A stretch of DNA of 64,000 bases. Origin: an uncultured Candidatus Saccharibacteria bacterium. Its GTDB lineage: Bacteria; Patescibacteriota; Minisyncoccia; Minisyncoccales; JANBVM01. A program made the translations under genes and the position numbers. The notes below the pieces were generated by a model. That model did not search any database and was not told where the DNA came from. It was given only the letters and a program-made list of their open reading frames with translations. Position 1 is the first letter of the stretch. Each line of letters starts with the position of its first letter. Below are positions 7,201 to 16,001 of this stretch, piece by piece. Location: positions 134,595 through 198,594 of the forward strand of contig CAYVDD010000001.1 in NCBI GenBank assembly GCA_964450805.1, in the 5' to 3' direction.

Positions 7201-7815
7201 ATGAAAAATTTTATTAAAGCAGTTATTTTTGATTTCGGAGGGGTGATAAAAGCGCCTTCTAGAGGATTCTGGATAAAAGACATGGCTGATACATATGAGG
7301 TTTTAGAAGAATTGCTTTTCCAAAAAATACAATCTCCGCTTGAGTTTTTCCGTAAAGGAATTATTAATGAGAATCAGTTTTGGGAACAACTTTCTTTAGA
7401 ATTAAATAAACCTATTCCAGAGAATAAAAATGATTTGTGGAAAAGAGGATATGAGAAAGATTTCTATATCTATCCTGAAATGATTGATTTTGTAAAAAAA
7501 ATCAAAAAACAAAATCTTAAAACAGCTATACTTTCAAATACTATACAACCTCATATTGAAATAATTAGAAATCACAAAGGTTATGAAGAATTTGATATCG
7601 TTATTCTTTCTTGTGAAGTTGGTTTACAGAAACCAGAACAAGATATTTATCTGTTGACAGCTGATCGATTAAAGGTTGAGCCAAAAGAATGTGTTTTTAT
7701 TGATGATTTAAATAAAAATCTTAGACCAGCTAAGGAATTAGGGATGCAAGTAGTGTTAGGTAAAAATCCTAAACAAATTATAAATGACGTTTCGTGTGTC
7801 ATTGGATTAAAATAA
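7201..7815 (+). CDS. HAD-superfamily hydrolase
   Basis: The start MKNFIKAVIFDFGGV carries HAD motif I. A later motif is FIDDLNKNLRPAKELG. The ATG lies 8 nt after TGaTAGAAT. Confidence 0.75.
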   Translation: MKNFIKAVIFDFGGVIKAPSRGFWIKDMADTYEVLEELLFQKIQSPLEFFRKGIINENQFWEQLSLELNKPIPENKNDLWKRGYEKDFYIYPEMIDFVKKIKKQNLKTAILSNTIQPHIEIIRNHKGYEEFDIVILSCEVGLQKPEQDIYLLTADRLKVEPKECVFIDDLNKNLRPAKELGMQVVLGKNPKQIINDVSCVIGLK

Positions 7816-7890
7816 TTCTAATTCTGATATCCTCTACGAGCTATTATATTAAAATTTGATATCATTGTTTAATTATTGTAAGATTAATTT

Positions 7891-8217
7891 ATGAAAAAAT
7901 TTAAACTGAAACTACCAAAATTCTTACTAGGTCTTCCTGTGGCGTTATTATCTTTGAAAGTTTTTTTTGGAGGACTTATTGGTTATCTGTTGGCAGATTT
8001 TTTATCTGGAAAGTTGAACCCTGTGATTTTAGGCATTGGAAATTTTAAGTTTCATATTCATCATTGGATAATGGGTTTTGTTATGCTGATTGTTACTCTG
8101 CTTTATGAGATTTCTCCATTAGCAAACCAATTATTCTATGGATTTTTAGGCGGAGTAATTTTTCAGGGAATTTCTGATTATTCAGATTGGCACAGGATTT
8201 TTTTCAAAAAACATTAA
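7891..8217 (+). CDS. Hypothetical membrane protein
   Basis: Has 3 predicted hydrophobic helices. A bidirectional terminator follows at 8231-8264. Confidence 0.5.
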   Translation: MKKFKLKLPKFLLGLPVALLSLKVFFGGLIGYLLADFLSGKLNPVILGIGNFKFHIHHWIMGFVMLIVTLLYEISPLANQLFYGFLGGVIFQGISDYSDWHRIFFKKH

Positions 8218-8230
8218 TCTTGTATTTAAC

Positions 8231-8264
8231 AAAAAACATGCTGTATTTTCAGCATGTTTTTTTT
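8231..8264. terminator. Bidirectional rho-independent terminator
   Basis: aaaaaacatgctg-tatttt-cagcatgtttttttt: a 9-bp stem flanked by an A-run and a T-run, between convergent genes. Confidence 0.75.
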
Positions 8265-8279
8265 GTTCACTTCAGATTT

Positions 8280-8600
8280 TTATTTCTTTAGATAAGCCGG
8301 CAGTTTTAATCCCAACCTTGATAGATTATTTAAAATTGATCCAGTTAAACCTAAGAGCACAAGTATATATGAAAATTGGCCTACTTTAGCTAAAGATGGA
8401 ATTGCTGTTGGGACCAGCATTAAAATTCCAAAACCCAGAATATAACCCAAAACAGGTTTAAACATAAAATTAGCTACTTTTCCTAAACGAAAATCTTGTT
8501 TTACTAAGGAAGCAATAATCCCTAGTAATACATCAGCTATTATTAATGTAATAACCCACTTCATTTCAGATGTTTTAAGCAAAGTAAGTAAGTCTACCAT
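8280..8600 (-). CDS. Small membrane protein, holin-like (weak resemblance to the Phage_holin_4 family)
   Basis: 106 aa with 3 hydrophobic segments. The KWVITLIIADVLLGIIASLVKQDF pattern resembles holin family N-termini. This call rests on resemblance only. Confidence 0.3.
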   Translation of the reverse strand: MVDLLTLLKTSEMKWVITLIIADVLLGIIASLVKQDFRLGKVANFMFKPVLGYILGFGILMLVPTAIPSLAKVGQFSYILVLLGLTGSILNNLSRLGLKLPAYLKK

Positions 8601-8758
8601 AATTTTTAACAGTTTATTTTTTAAAACAGAACTGATTAGTTTCGACCTTTGATTAGACAGGTTAATTCTGTCCAGAAACGATTACTATATTGTAGAACAA
8701 TTTATTAGATTTAGAAAATTAATTTTCCACAGGCATAAAATATGATAAAATAATCAAT

Positions 8759-10369
8759 ATGAGTAATAAAAAAATCATTGGAATTATAGTTATTGTCCCT
8801 TTGTTAATAATTATTGCTTCTAGAACTATTTTTAAAAAATCAGAAGATGGTTTTGTTTTTGCTGAAGTAAGAATTGGAAATGTAGTTTATGAAATTTCAG
8901 AAACTGGTCAAGTTAAAAAAGGAGAACAAATTGAGCTTGGTTTTAAAACTTCAGGAATTATTGAAAGTATTTATGTTGGAATAGGTGAGGAGGTTAAATC
9001 AGGAGATATCTTGGCAAAACTAGAAAACACTCAGTTAAATATTCAATATACAGAAGCAGAGGCTAATTTAGAATTGTATCAGGCACAGCTTGATAAGTTG
9101 CTGGCTGGTGCAACTCAAGAAGAAATTCAAATTAAACAAACTGCTGTTGACAATGCTCAGATTGCCCTGAACACTGCTAAACAGAATTTAGAGGATATTA
9201 AAGCTCAAGGAGAAGAGGATTTAAATGCTGCTTATGAAGATGCTTTAAATGTTTTAGATGATTCATATTTAAAGATTTCCAATGCTTTTAATTTAGTTGA
9301 TTTAGTTCAAAGAACTTATTTTACAGCAAGCGATCCAGAGTCACTAATTGTCAGAGAGAGTGAAGATAAAATAGAAGACTCTCTGGATTTAATTGAGCCG
9401 TATTTGGATACAGCTGAAGATACTCAGGCAGATCAGGATATTGATACAGCTTTAACTCAGATTAAAACATCTTTAAACAATACTGCTGATGCTTTAAAAA
9501 CAGTAAGAGATGCTTGTGAAACAGCAAGTTATGAAAATATAGTTTCTTCTGCTGATAAATCTTCTTTAGATACTCACAGAGGACATGTTAATACTGCCTT
9601 AACAAATACTGTAAATTCTCAACAAACCATCTCTTCAACTAAATTAGATAATAGTGTTAATATTAATACTTATCAGGCTGAAGTTGATACAGAAGAGGGT
9701 GATTTAAAAGCAGCCGAGGATGATTTAGCTAAACTTGTTGCTCCTGCAAGACAAGAAGATGTCAATTTGAATAAGGCCCAGGTAAAACAAGCACAAGCAC
9801 AGGTCTGGCTTTTACAGAATCAAATTGCAGATACTAAACTTAAAAGTCCAGTTGATGGACAGATTATTAAAATTGAAAAAAGAATAGGGGAGTTGGTCCA
9901 GTCAGCTTTAAAAGACAGTGTAATAACTATTCTTCCTGCTGACCCTTATAAAATAGAAGTTGATATTTACGAAGAAGATGTTGCTAAGATGTCTGTAAAT
10001 AATCCAGTTGATATTTCTTTGATTGCTTTTCCTGACCAGGTTTTAACAGGAAAAGTAATTTCAATTGATCCTGCTGAGAAAATAATAGATGGAGTTGTTT
10101 ATTATGAGGTTTCCATTTCCCTGGATGATTTGTATGAAGGGATTAAGCCAGGTATGACTGCTGACTTAGTTATCAGGACTGATTTCAAAGAAAATGTTTT
10201 AACTGTTCCGGAAAAAGCAGTGAAAAAAAAGGATGGCAGGACAATAGTTCAGGTTTTAGAACAGAATAAGACTGTGGAGCGTGAAATAGAGATTGGCCTT
10301 AAAGGAACTAATAATCTTGTAGAAGTTGTTTCTGGGCTTGAGCAGGGTGAGCAAGTTATTTTACCTTAA
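8759..10369 (+). CDS. HlyD/MacA-type periplasmic adaptor (membrane fusion protein) of an ABC efflux system
   Basis: N-terminal TM helix, lipoyl-like GDILAKLE, a long coiled coil, a C-terminal beta-barrel, and translational abutment to the ABC ATPase gene. Confidence 0.8.
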   Translation: MSNKKIIGIIVIVPLLIIIASRTIFKKSEDGFVFAEVRIGNVVYEISETGQVKKGEQIELGFKTSGIIESIYVGIGEEVKSGDILAKLENTQLNIQYTEAEANLELYQAQLDKLLAGATQEEIQIKQTAVDNAQIALNTAKQNLEDIKAQGEEDLNAAYEDALNVLDDSYLKISNAFNLVDLVQRTYFTASDPESLIVRESEDKIEDSLDLIEPYLDTAEDTQADQDIDTALTQIKTSLNNTADALKTVRDACETASYENIVSSADKSSLDTHRGHVNTALTNTVNSQQTISSTKLDNSVNINTYQAEVDTEEGDLKAAEDDLAKLVAPARQEDVNLNKAQVKQAQAQVWLLQNQIADTKLKSPVDGQIIKIEKRIGELVQSALKDSVITILPADPYKIEVDIYEEDVAKMSVNNPVDISLIAFPDQVLTGKVISIDPAEKIIDGVVYYEVSISLDDLYEGIKPGMTADLVIRTDFKENVLTVPEKAVKKKDGRTIVQVLEQNKTVEREIEIGLKGTNNLVEVVSGLEQGEQVILP

Positions 10370-11083
10370 ATGTCAGAAAAAGTTATTGAACTAAATAATG
10401 TCTGGAAGGTTTATCAGTTGGGAAAAATAGAGCTGACAGTTTTAAAAGGTGTGAGCCTCGATGTAACTCGAGGTGATTTTGTAAGTATTATGGGGCCGTC
10501 AGGTTCTGGTAAATCAACCCTTTTAAACATGATAGGATGTTTGGATATTCCAACCAAAGGAAAAGTTTTTTTAAAAGGAAAAGACGTTTCAAAACTGACA
10601 GAAGATGAACTTTCTCAGTTCAGAGGAAAAACTATTGGTTTTGTATTCCAAGAATTTAATTTACTGGCTCATTTAACAGCTATTGAGAATGTAATGCTGC
10701 CAATGGTTTTCCAAGGAAAACCACTGGAGCAAAGAAAAAAAAGAGCAGAAAAGCTTTTAATATCTGTTGGCTTGGAAAAAAGAATTAACCATCAGCCAGC
10801 TGAGCTTTCAGGCGGTGAAAGACAAAGAGTTGCTATTGCCAGGGCTTTTGCTAATGACCCAGAGCTTGTTATTGCTGATGAACCAACTGGTAATTTAGAT
10901 TCAGTGACTGGCAAGAAAATAATGGAAGTTTTAAAAACATTTCATAAAAAAGAGAAAAAGACCATTGTTGTTGTGACTCACGACCCTAATATTGCTGATT
11001 ATAGTGAGAATATATTTAATATTAAAGATGGTGAAATTATTGTTAACCATCAAAAAGCATCACAGTCTTTATGGAAGAAATGA
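10370..11083 (+). CDS. ABC transporter ATP-binding protein (MacB/LolD type)
   Basis: Walker [10 protein letters not shown], signature [14 protein letters not shown], Walker B LVIADEPT. Confidence 0.9.
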   Translation: MSEKVIELNNVWKVYQLGKIELTVLKGVSLDVTRGDFVSIMGPSGSGKSTLLNMIGCLDIPTKGKVFLKGKDVSKLTEDELSQFRGKTIGFVFQEFNLLAHLTAIENVMLPMVFQGKPLEQRKKRAEKLLISVGLEKRINHQPAELSGGERQRVAIARAFANDPELVIADEPTGNLDSVTGKKIMEVLKTFHKKEKKTIVVVTHDPNIADYSENIFNIKDGEIIVNHQKASQSLWKK

Positions 11084-12297
11084 AAGAATATTTTTATATT
11101 GCTTTAAGAAATCTTAAAACAAGGTCTTTAAGAAGCTGGCTTACTATTTTTGGTATTGTTATAGGGGTGTTTTTAATTATTAGCTTATTGTCTTTATCAG
11201 AAGGAATTAAAGCCAGTATCACACAGCAATTAAGGTCTTTGGGAGGAGAAATGATTTTTGTTATGCCTGGTGATATTTCCAATCCTTTTATAGCTATGAT
11301 GGGAGGTGAAAAACTGGAAAAAGAAGATATTGATGCTATTAGAAAAACAGAAGGAGTAGAGGAGGTTCTTACCACTTCTTATGCGGCTAGTATTATGAGG
11401 TATGAAGAAGAAAGCAAACAGGTTATTTTAATGGGCATGTCTTGGGAACAAAGCTTGGAGATTTTAAAGAATTATCAGGGATGGAGCTTAGCTAAAGGCA
11501 GGTGGCCTGTTACAGGCAAGAGAGAGATTATAGTTGGACAGCAAGTAGCTTATGAGATATTTAAACAGGATATTGAGGTTGATTCAGAAGCAATAATTAA
11601 AGGCAGAACTTTTGAAATAGTAGGAATATTGAACTCTTTAGGCAATAAAACTGATGACAGCGGAGTATATATTGATATGCCTATTTACCAGAGCTTGACT
11701 GGAGAAAAAAGAGGAAGCGCTCAGATAGCTATGGTAAAGATTGAAGAAGACGCTCCATTGGATGAAACAGCTGAAAATATTAAAGAGAATCTTCAAAAAA
11801 CAAGGAAAAGAAGAGCTGGGACTGATGAGGCTGATTTTAGTGTTATTACTTCTGATGCTATTGGTGATATTGCAGGCAATATATTAGCTGTTATTCAGTT
11901 GGCTATAATAGCTTTTGCCAGTATTGCTATTGTTGTTGGAGGTATTGGAATAACAAATACAATGTTTACTTCAGTCAGAGAAAGAACCAGAGAAATAGGA
12001 ATTATGAAAGCTGTTGGCGCTAAGAATATAGCTGTGTTATCTATTTTCTTATTTGAAGCTGCAATCATTGGTTTTGGCGGAGGAATAGGAGGTACATTGT
12101 TAGGTGTTGGTTTTGCCAAAGCGATTGAGTTATACGGATTAGCTCATCCTTTATTTTATTTCAGAGCATCAATAAGTATTGGTTTGATTATTTTTGGTTT
12201 AATTTTTTCTTTTTTAGTTGGTTGTTTGGCAGGGTTTTTCCCAGCTAAAAAAGCAGCCAGCTTAAAGCCAGTTGATGCATTAAGAAGATTAGAATAA
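11071..12297 (+). CDS. ABC transporter permease (FtsX/MacB-type)
   Basis: ALRNLKTRSLRSWLTIFGIVIG at the N-terminus, a periplasmic domain, a C-terminal FtsX-like 3-TM bundle, and PAKKAASLKPVDALR. Confidence 0.85.
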   Translation: MEEMKEYFYIALRNLKTRSLRSWLTIFGIVIGVFLIISLLSLSEGIKASITQQLRSLGGEMIFVMPGDISNPFIAMMGGEKLEKEDIDAIRKTEGVEEVLTTSYAASIMRYEEESKQVILMGMSWEQSLEILKNYQGWSLAKGRWPVTGKREIIVGQQVAYEIFKQDIEVDSEAIIKGRTFEIVGILNSLGNKTDDSGVYIDMPIYQSLTGEKRGSAQIAMVKIEEDAPLDETAENIKENLQKTRKRRAGTDEADFSVITSDAIGDIAGNILAVIQLAIIAFASIAIVVGGIGITNTMFTSVRERTREIGIMKAVGAKNIAVLSIFLFEAAIIGFGGGIGGTLLGVGFAKAIELYGLAHPLFYFRASISIGLIIFGLIFSFLVGCLAGFFPAKKAASLKPVDALRRLE

Positions 12298-12383
12298 TTC
12301 ATTTTATAAGAATCTCAAAGTATAAAAAAATTTGGTTTTTTATTAATTTACTAAGAAGAGGCATTGTTCTTTATAGCGATTAC

Positions 12384-12412
12384 TTGACAAATCTAAAATA
12401 GTATTATATACT
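12384..12412 (+). promoter_or_regulatory. Putative promoter (TTGACA-17-TATACT)
   Basis: cTTGACAAATCT... shares the CTTGACAAAT start with P1 and P2 at 1462 and 1526, and is followed by TTAGAC. Confidence 0.5.
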
Positions 12413-12452
12413 TAGACTGTTCTTTTCAAAATAATTATAAGAGGTAAATAAA

Positions 12453-12704
12453 ATGTTAAGAGGTCATTGCTCTTTATGTATGGATGAAGGAGAAATCGGA
12501 GGGTGTCCGAAATGTGGACTCTGGCCGATGCCTCCTGAAAAAGAAATAAATGGTGAGGTCTATACCTTCTTTAGAAACGTAGAAAGGAAGAAAAAAGACC
12601 TCTATGAAGATCAAGATGAATATATAATCCTTGACGATGCAAGGAGTATATATAATGACCCTCTTCCAAACGATGTATCTGTTTGGAGGAAGAAAAAATT
12701 TTAA
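12453..12704 (+). CDS. Hypothetical small zinc-ribbon protein (83 aa)
   Basis: CSLC-x8-CPKC near the N-terminus and AGAGG 8 nt upstream of the ATG. It has its own promoter and terminator. Confidence 0.5.
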   Translation: MLRGHCSLCMDEGEIGGCPKCGLWPMPPEKEINGEVYTFFRNVERKKKDLYEDQDEYIILDDARSIYNDPLPNDVSVWRKKKF

Positions 12705-12817
12705 ATTTAATAATTTTTTATTTAATTTTTTTATTTTACTTATCTATTTGAGCATTCTAAAGATAATTAGAATATTCAAATAGGTTTATCTAAAAGTAAA
12801 ATAGAAAAAGTTGAATC

Positions 12818-12866
12818 AAAAACTGTCTACTTTCACCAGCTGGCGAACTAGGCAGTTTTTGTTTTG
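12818..12866 (+). terminator. Rho-independent terminator
   Basis: aactgtcta (12821-12829) pairs with taggcagtt (12849-12857), 9 bp including 1 GU, followed by tttttgtttt. Confidence 0.6.
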
Positions 12867-12931
12867 ACTTTAATTTTTCACAAATATATTTTAAGATAAG
12901 AATATAATAAATAATATGGATACTTAAATAT

Positions 12932-13234
12932 ATGTATTTTCAAATTTTAATCGCAGGATTTGGTGGGGGAGTTGTGAGAGGATTAACCGGTTTTATTAAA
13001 CATCAGTTTGCTTATAAGAATGTGCCATTTAAAGTAAGCTATTTTTTAGGCACAGTAATAATCTCTGGAATAATAGGATTCTTATCAGCCTCTGCAGTAC
13101 AAAATATTGGTTTTAGTCTAGAGGGTATGTTTACTCCAGCCTTAAGTTTTATTGTTGGTTATGCTGGAGGAGATTTTATTGAAAACATTTATAAGATACT
13201 TATTAAAAAATCCTCATTATATCCTGACAATTAA
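12932..13234 (+). CDS. Hypothetical membrane protein, translationally coupled to pcm
   Basis: 100 aa, glycine-rich with hydrophobic helices. Its stop abuts the pcm ATG. Confidence 0.5.
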   Translation: MYFQILIAGFGGGVVRGLTGFIKHQFAYKNVPFKVSYFLGTVIISGIIGFLSASAVQNIGFSLEGMFTPALSFIVGYAGGDFIENIYKILIKKSSLYPDN

Positions 13235-13855
13235 ATGGCTTTGATTGATGATTTAATTGAAAAAGGATGGCTTAAAACTGCAGGAATCATTGAGGCATTT
13301 AAAAAAATCAAAAGAATTGATTTTATGCCTGAAGATTCCAAAGACTTAGCTGAATTGAATGAAGCTTTGCCAATTGGTCGTGGCCAGACAATATCACAGC
13401 CATTAGTTGTTGCTTTTATGCTGGAACAGCTTCAACCAGAAAAAGGTAATAAGATATTAGATGTTGGCTCTGGCTCTGGCTGGACAACAGCTTTACTTTC
13501 TGAAATAGTGGGTGAACAGGGAAAGGTTATTGCTATTGAGCTTGTAGAAGAATTAAGAGATTTTGGAGAGAAAAATGCCTCTAAATACAATTTTGTTAAA
13601 AAAGGAATTGCTGAATTTATTTGCGCTGATGGTTCTAAGGGTTATGAGGAACAAGCTCCTTTTGACAGAATATTAGCTTCAGCTTCAGCTTTTAAAATAC
13701 CTTTAGAATGGAAAAAGCAACTTAAAATAGGTGGTATAATTGTAACCCCAATTAAAAACTCAATTTGGGTTTTTAACAAAAATTCCGAAACTGATTTTGA
13801 AGAAATTGAACATCCTGGATTTGCATTTGTACCTCTTATTACAGATGATAAATAA
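13235..13855 (+). CDS. pcm: Protein-L-isoaspartate O-methyltransferase
   Basis: GRGQTISQPLVVAFMLEQL and the SAM motif ILDVGSGSGWTTALLSEIVG. Confidence 0.88.
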   Translation: MALIDDLIEKGWLKTAGIIEAFKKIKRIDFMPEDSKDLAELNEALPIGRGQTISQPLVVAFMLEQLQPEKGNKILDVGSGSGWTTALLSEIVGEQGKVIAIELVEELRDFGEKNASKYNFVKKGIAEFICADGSKGYEEQAPFDRILASASAFKIPLEWKKQLKIGGIIVTPIKNSIWVFNKNSETDFEEIEHPGFAFVPLITDDK

Positions 13856-13861
13856 AACAAC

Positions 13862-14893
13862 ATGACAAAAAAAATAATAACTTATTTTCTTTTTTTTATT
13901 CTGTTGATCCTTCTGTGGGGGATTTGTTTTCCTAAAAGCTTTACTAAAAAAGAAGACAGTCTTTTTTTAGTTAAAAAAGGACAGAATCTTTTTGAAATAG
14001 CTTCTAATTTAGAAAAACAAGAAATAATAAAAAACAAAAATTTCTTTAATTTTTATGTGTTTTTAAGAGTAAGCTACAATAAACTTAAAGCAGGGGAGTA
14101 TTTTTTTAATCCTTCCATGAGTATTAAAACCATTGCAGATAAAATTATTTCTGGTGATACAGCTAAAATTGTAATAACAATTCCTGAAGGCTGGAACTTA
14201 AGAGATATTGGCTGGTATTTTGAAAACCAAGGAATGTTTCAGGCAGAAGAACTTTTTGAATTAGTTGGGTTTCCTTTAATTAATTATTCAGTAACTACTG
14301 ATTTACCAAAGCCAAAAGATTTCAGTTTGGATTATGATTTTTTAAAGGACAAACGCAAAAACATTAGTTTAGAAGGTTATCTTTTCCCAGATACTTACGA
14401 GATAGATTTAGGGGCAGAAATAGAAGAGATTGTCAAGAAAATGCTCTCTAATTTTAATAGGAAATTAACAGAAGAATTAAGACAAGAGATTAAGAAACAA
14501 AACAAAACAATATTTGAGATAATAACAATGGCATCTTTAATTGAAAAAGAAGTTAAAACCCCAGAGGATAAAAAAATAGTTTCTGGTATTTTATGGAAAA
14601 GATTGAAGAATAGTATTGGTCTGCATGTTGATGCCACAATAACATATATTACTGGTAAAAAAACAGTTAAAGTTTCCAAAGAAGAAACTGAGATTGATTC
14701 TTTATACAACACATATAGATACAAGGGATTGCCTTTAGGGCCAATAAGTAACCCTGGACTTGAAAGTATTAATGCTGCCATATATCCTGAAAATAGTGAT
14801 TATTGGTATTATCTTTCTGCTCTTGAAGGCGAAACAATTTTTAGCAAGACTCTGGAAGAACATAATATTGCCAAAGCAAAATATTTGAAATAA
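13862..14893 (+). CDS. mltG: Endolytic murein transglycosylase MltG (YceG family)
   Basis: N-terminal TM helix, LKAGEY, ITIPEGWNLRDIG, ASLIEKE, YNTYRYKGLPLGPISNPG. Confidence 0.85.
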   Translation: MTKKIITYFLFFILLILLWGICFPKSFTKKEDSLFLVKKGQNLFEIASNLEKQEIIKNKNFFNFYVFLRVSYNKLKAGEYFFNPSMSIKTIADKIISGDTAKIVITIPEGWNLRDIGWYFENQGMFQAEELFELVGFPLINYSVTTDLPKPKDFSLDYDFLKDKRKNISLEGYLFPDTYEIDLGAEIEEIVKKMLSNFNRKLTEELRQEIKKQNKTIFEIITMASLIEKEVKTPEDKKIVSGILWKRLKNSIGLHVDATITYITGKKTVKVSKEETEIDSLYNTYRYKGLPLGPISNPGLESINAAIYPENSDYWYYLSALEGETIFSKTLEEHNIAKAKYLK

Positions 14894-14896
14894 AGG

Positions 14897-15037
14897 TTGA
14901 CAGGTTTTTTAAAAGAATATATACTATAACTATCCACAGACAGCAGGCGATTTGTAAGACCTGCCAAGGATAAAGCAAAATTTACATATTTTAGTCTGTG
15001 GTCAAACACAGATTTTTCGTTTTAATAAGACAAAAAT
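14897..15037 (+). promoter_or_regulatory. rplJ promoter (TTGACA-17-TATACT) plus an L10-leader-like structured 5' UTR
   Basis: TTGACA at 14897-14902 and TATACT at 14920-14925. The helix ccacagac (14934-14941) / gtctgtgg (14994-15001) encloses gcagg...cctgc. Position and shape fit ribosomal L10 autoregulatory leaders. Confidence 0.55.
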
Positions 15038-15550
15038 ATGCCTAAAACAAAAGAACAAAAGAAGAAAATCATCGATGATTTAAAGGAAAAAATTGCTAGA
15101 CAGAAAACAATAGTTTTTATTGATTTTACTGGTGTAAAAGTTGAAGATATGTTTAATTTAAGAAAGAATCTTAAGAAAACTAATAGTCAGCTGAAAATTG
15201 CAAAAAAAACATTAATAAGTTTAGCCCTTAAAGATTCTGGATTAAAAGCAGAAATAGATAAATTAGAAGGAGAGCTTGGTATAGTTTTTGGTTATAAAGA
15301 TGAGATTTCTCCTGCTAAGACTATTTATCAATTCAGTAAAGAAAACCCGAATTTAAAAATATTAGGAGGATTTTTTGAAAATAAATTCAAACCAGCTGAG
15401 GATTTCATAGCCTTAGCTCAGCTTCCTTCAAAAGAAGAGCTCTTAGCAAGATTAACTGGCAGTATATCAGCTCCAATATCAAATTTTGTAAGAGTATTAG
15501 AAGGTAATTTAAAAGGTCTGGTTTGCGTATTAAGTGCAATTAAAAAATAA
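15038..15550 (+). CDS. rplJ: 50S ribosomal protein L10
   Basis: Typical L10 N-terminus (KEQKKKIIDDLKEKIARQKTIVFIDFTGVKVEDM..LRK). It lies upstream of rplL. Confidence 0.9.
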   Translation: MPKTKEQKKKIIDDLKEKIARQKTIVFIDFTGVKVEDMFNLRKNLKKTNSQLKIAKKTLISLALKDSGLKAEIDKLEGELGIVFGYKDEISPAKTIYQFSKENPNLKILGGFFENKFKPAEDFIALAQLPSKEELLARLTGSISAPISNFVRVLEGNLKGLVCVLSAIKK

Positions 15551-15559
15551 TTAATCAAT

Positions 15560-16000
15560 ATGGCTGAAGAAAAAAAACAAGAAGAAAAAAAAGAAGAGGA
15601 AAAAGTCAAGGTTCCGGCAAAGTTCAAGAAACTTGTAGAGGAGATTGAAAAAATGAGTGTTTTGGATTTAGCAGAATTAGTAAAAATTCTTGAAAAGAAA
15701 TTCGGTGTTTCAACTGCCCCTCAAATGGTAGCTGCTGCTCCTACTGCTCCTGCTGGAGGAGCTGCTCCTGCAGAAGAAAAATCAAAATTTAATGTTGTTT
15801 TAACTGCTGTTGGAGACAAAAAGATTGAAGTAATTAAGACTGTAAGAGATACTACCCAAAAAGGATTAAAAGACTCAAAAGATTTGGTTGATGCTGTTGC
15901 TTCAGGAGAACAGATGATTAAAGAGAATGTTAAGAAAGAAGAGGCAGAAGAAATTAAAAAGAAGTTTGAAGCAGTTGGTGCTAAAGTAGAATTAAAATAA
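15560..16000 (+). CDS. rplL: 50S ribosomal protein L7/L12 with a K/E-rich N-terminal extension
   Basis: [19 protein letters not shown], an Ala/Pro hinge, and the C-terminal domain [24 protein letters not shown]...[18 protein letters not shown]. Confidence 0.92.
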   Translation: MAEEKKQEEKKEEEKVKVPAKFKKLVEEIEKMSVLDLAELVKILEKKFGVSTAPQMVAAAPTAPAGGAAPAEEKSKFNVVLTAVGDKKIEVIKTVRDTTQKGLKDSKDLVDAVASGEQMIKENVKKEEAEEIKKKFEAVGAKVELK

Positions 16001-16001
16001 T

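Noticed and set aside
8280-8600. Holin-like gene considered as evidence of a prophage
   Set aside because: No endolysin, capsid, terminase or integrase genes flank it. It sits alone between two terminators, and the family resemblance is weak.
14931-14939. Isolated TATCCACA DnaA-box-like 8-mers at 14932 (rplJ leader) and 48542 (TFIIB-like gene 5' region) considered as replication-origin signals
   Set aside because: They are single, unclustered near-matches. The first forms one strand of the L10-leader helix. There is no AT-rich unwinding element or dnaA/dnaN context.
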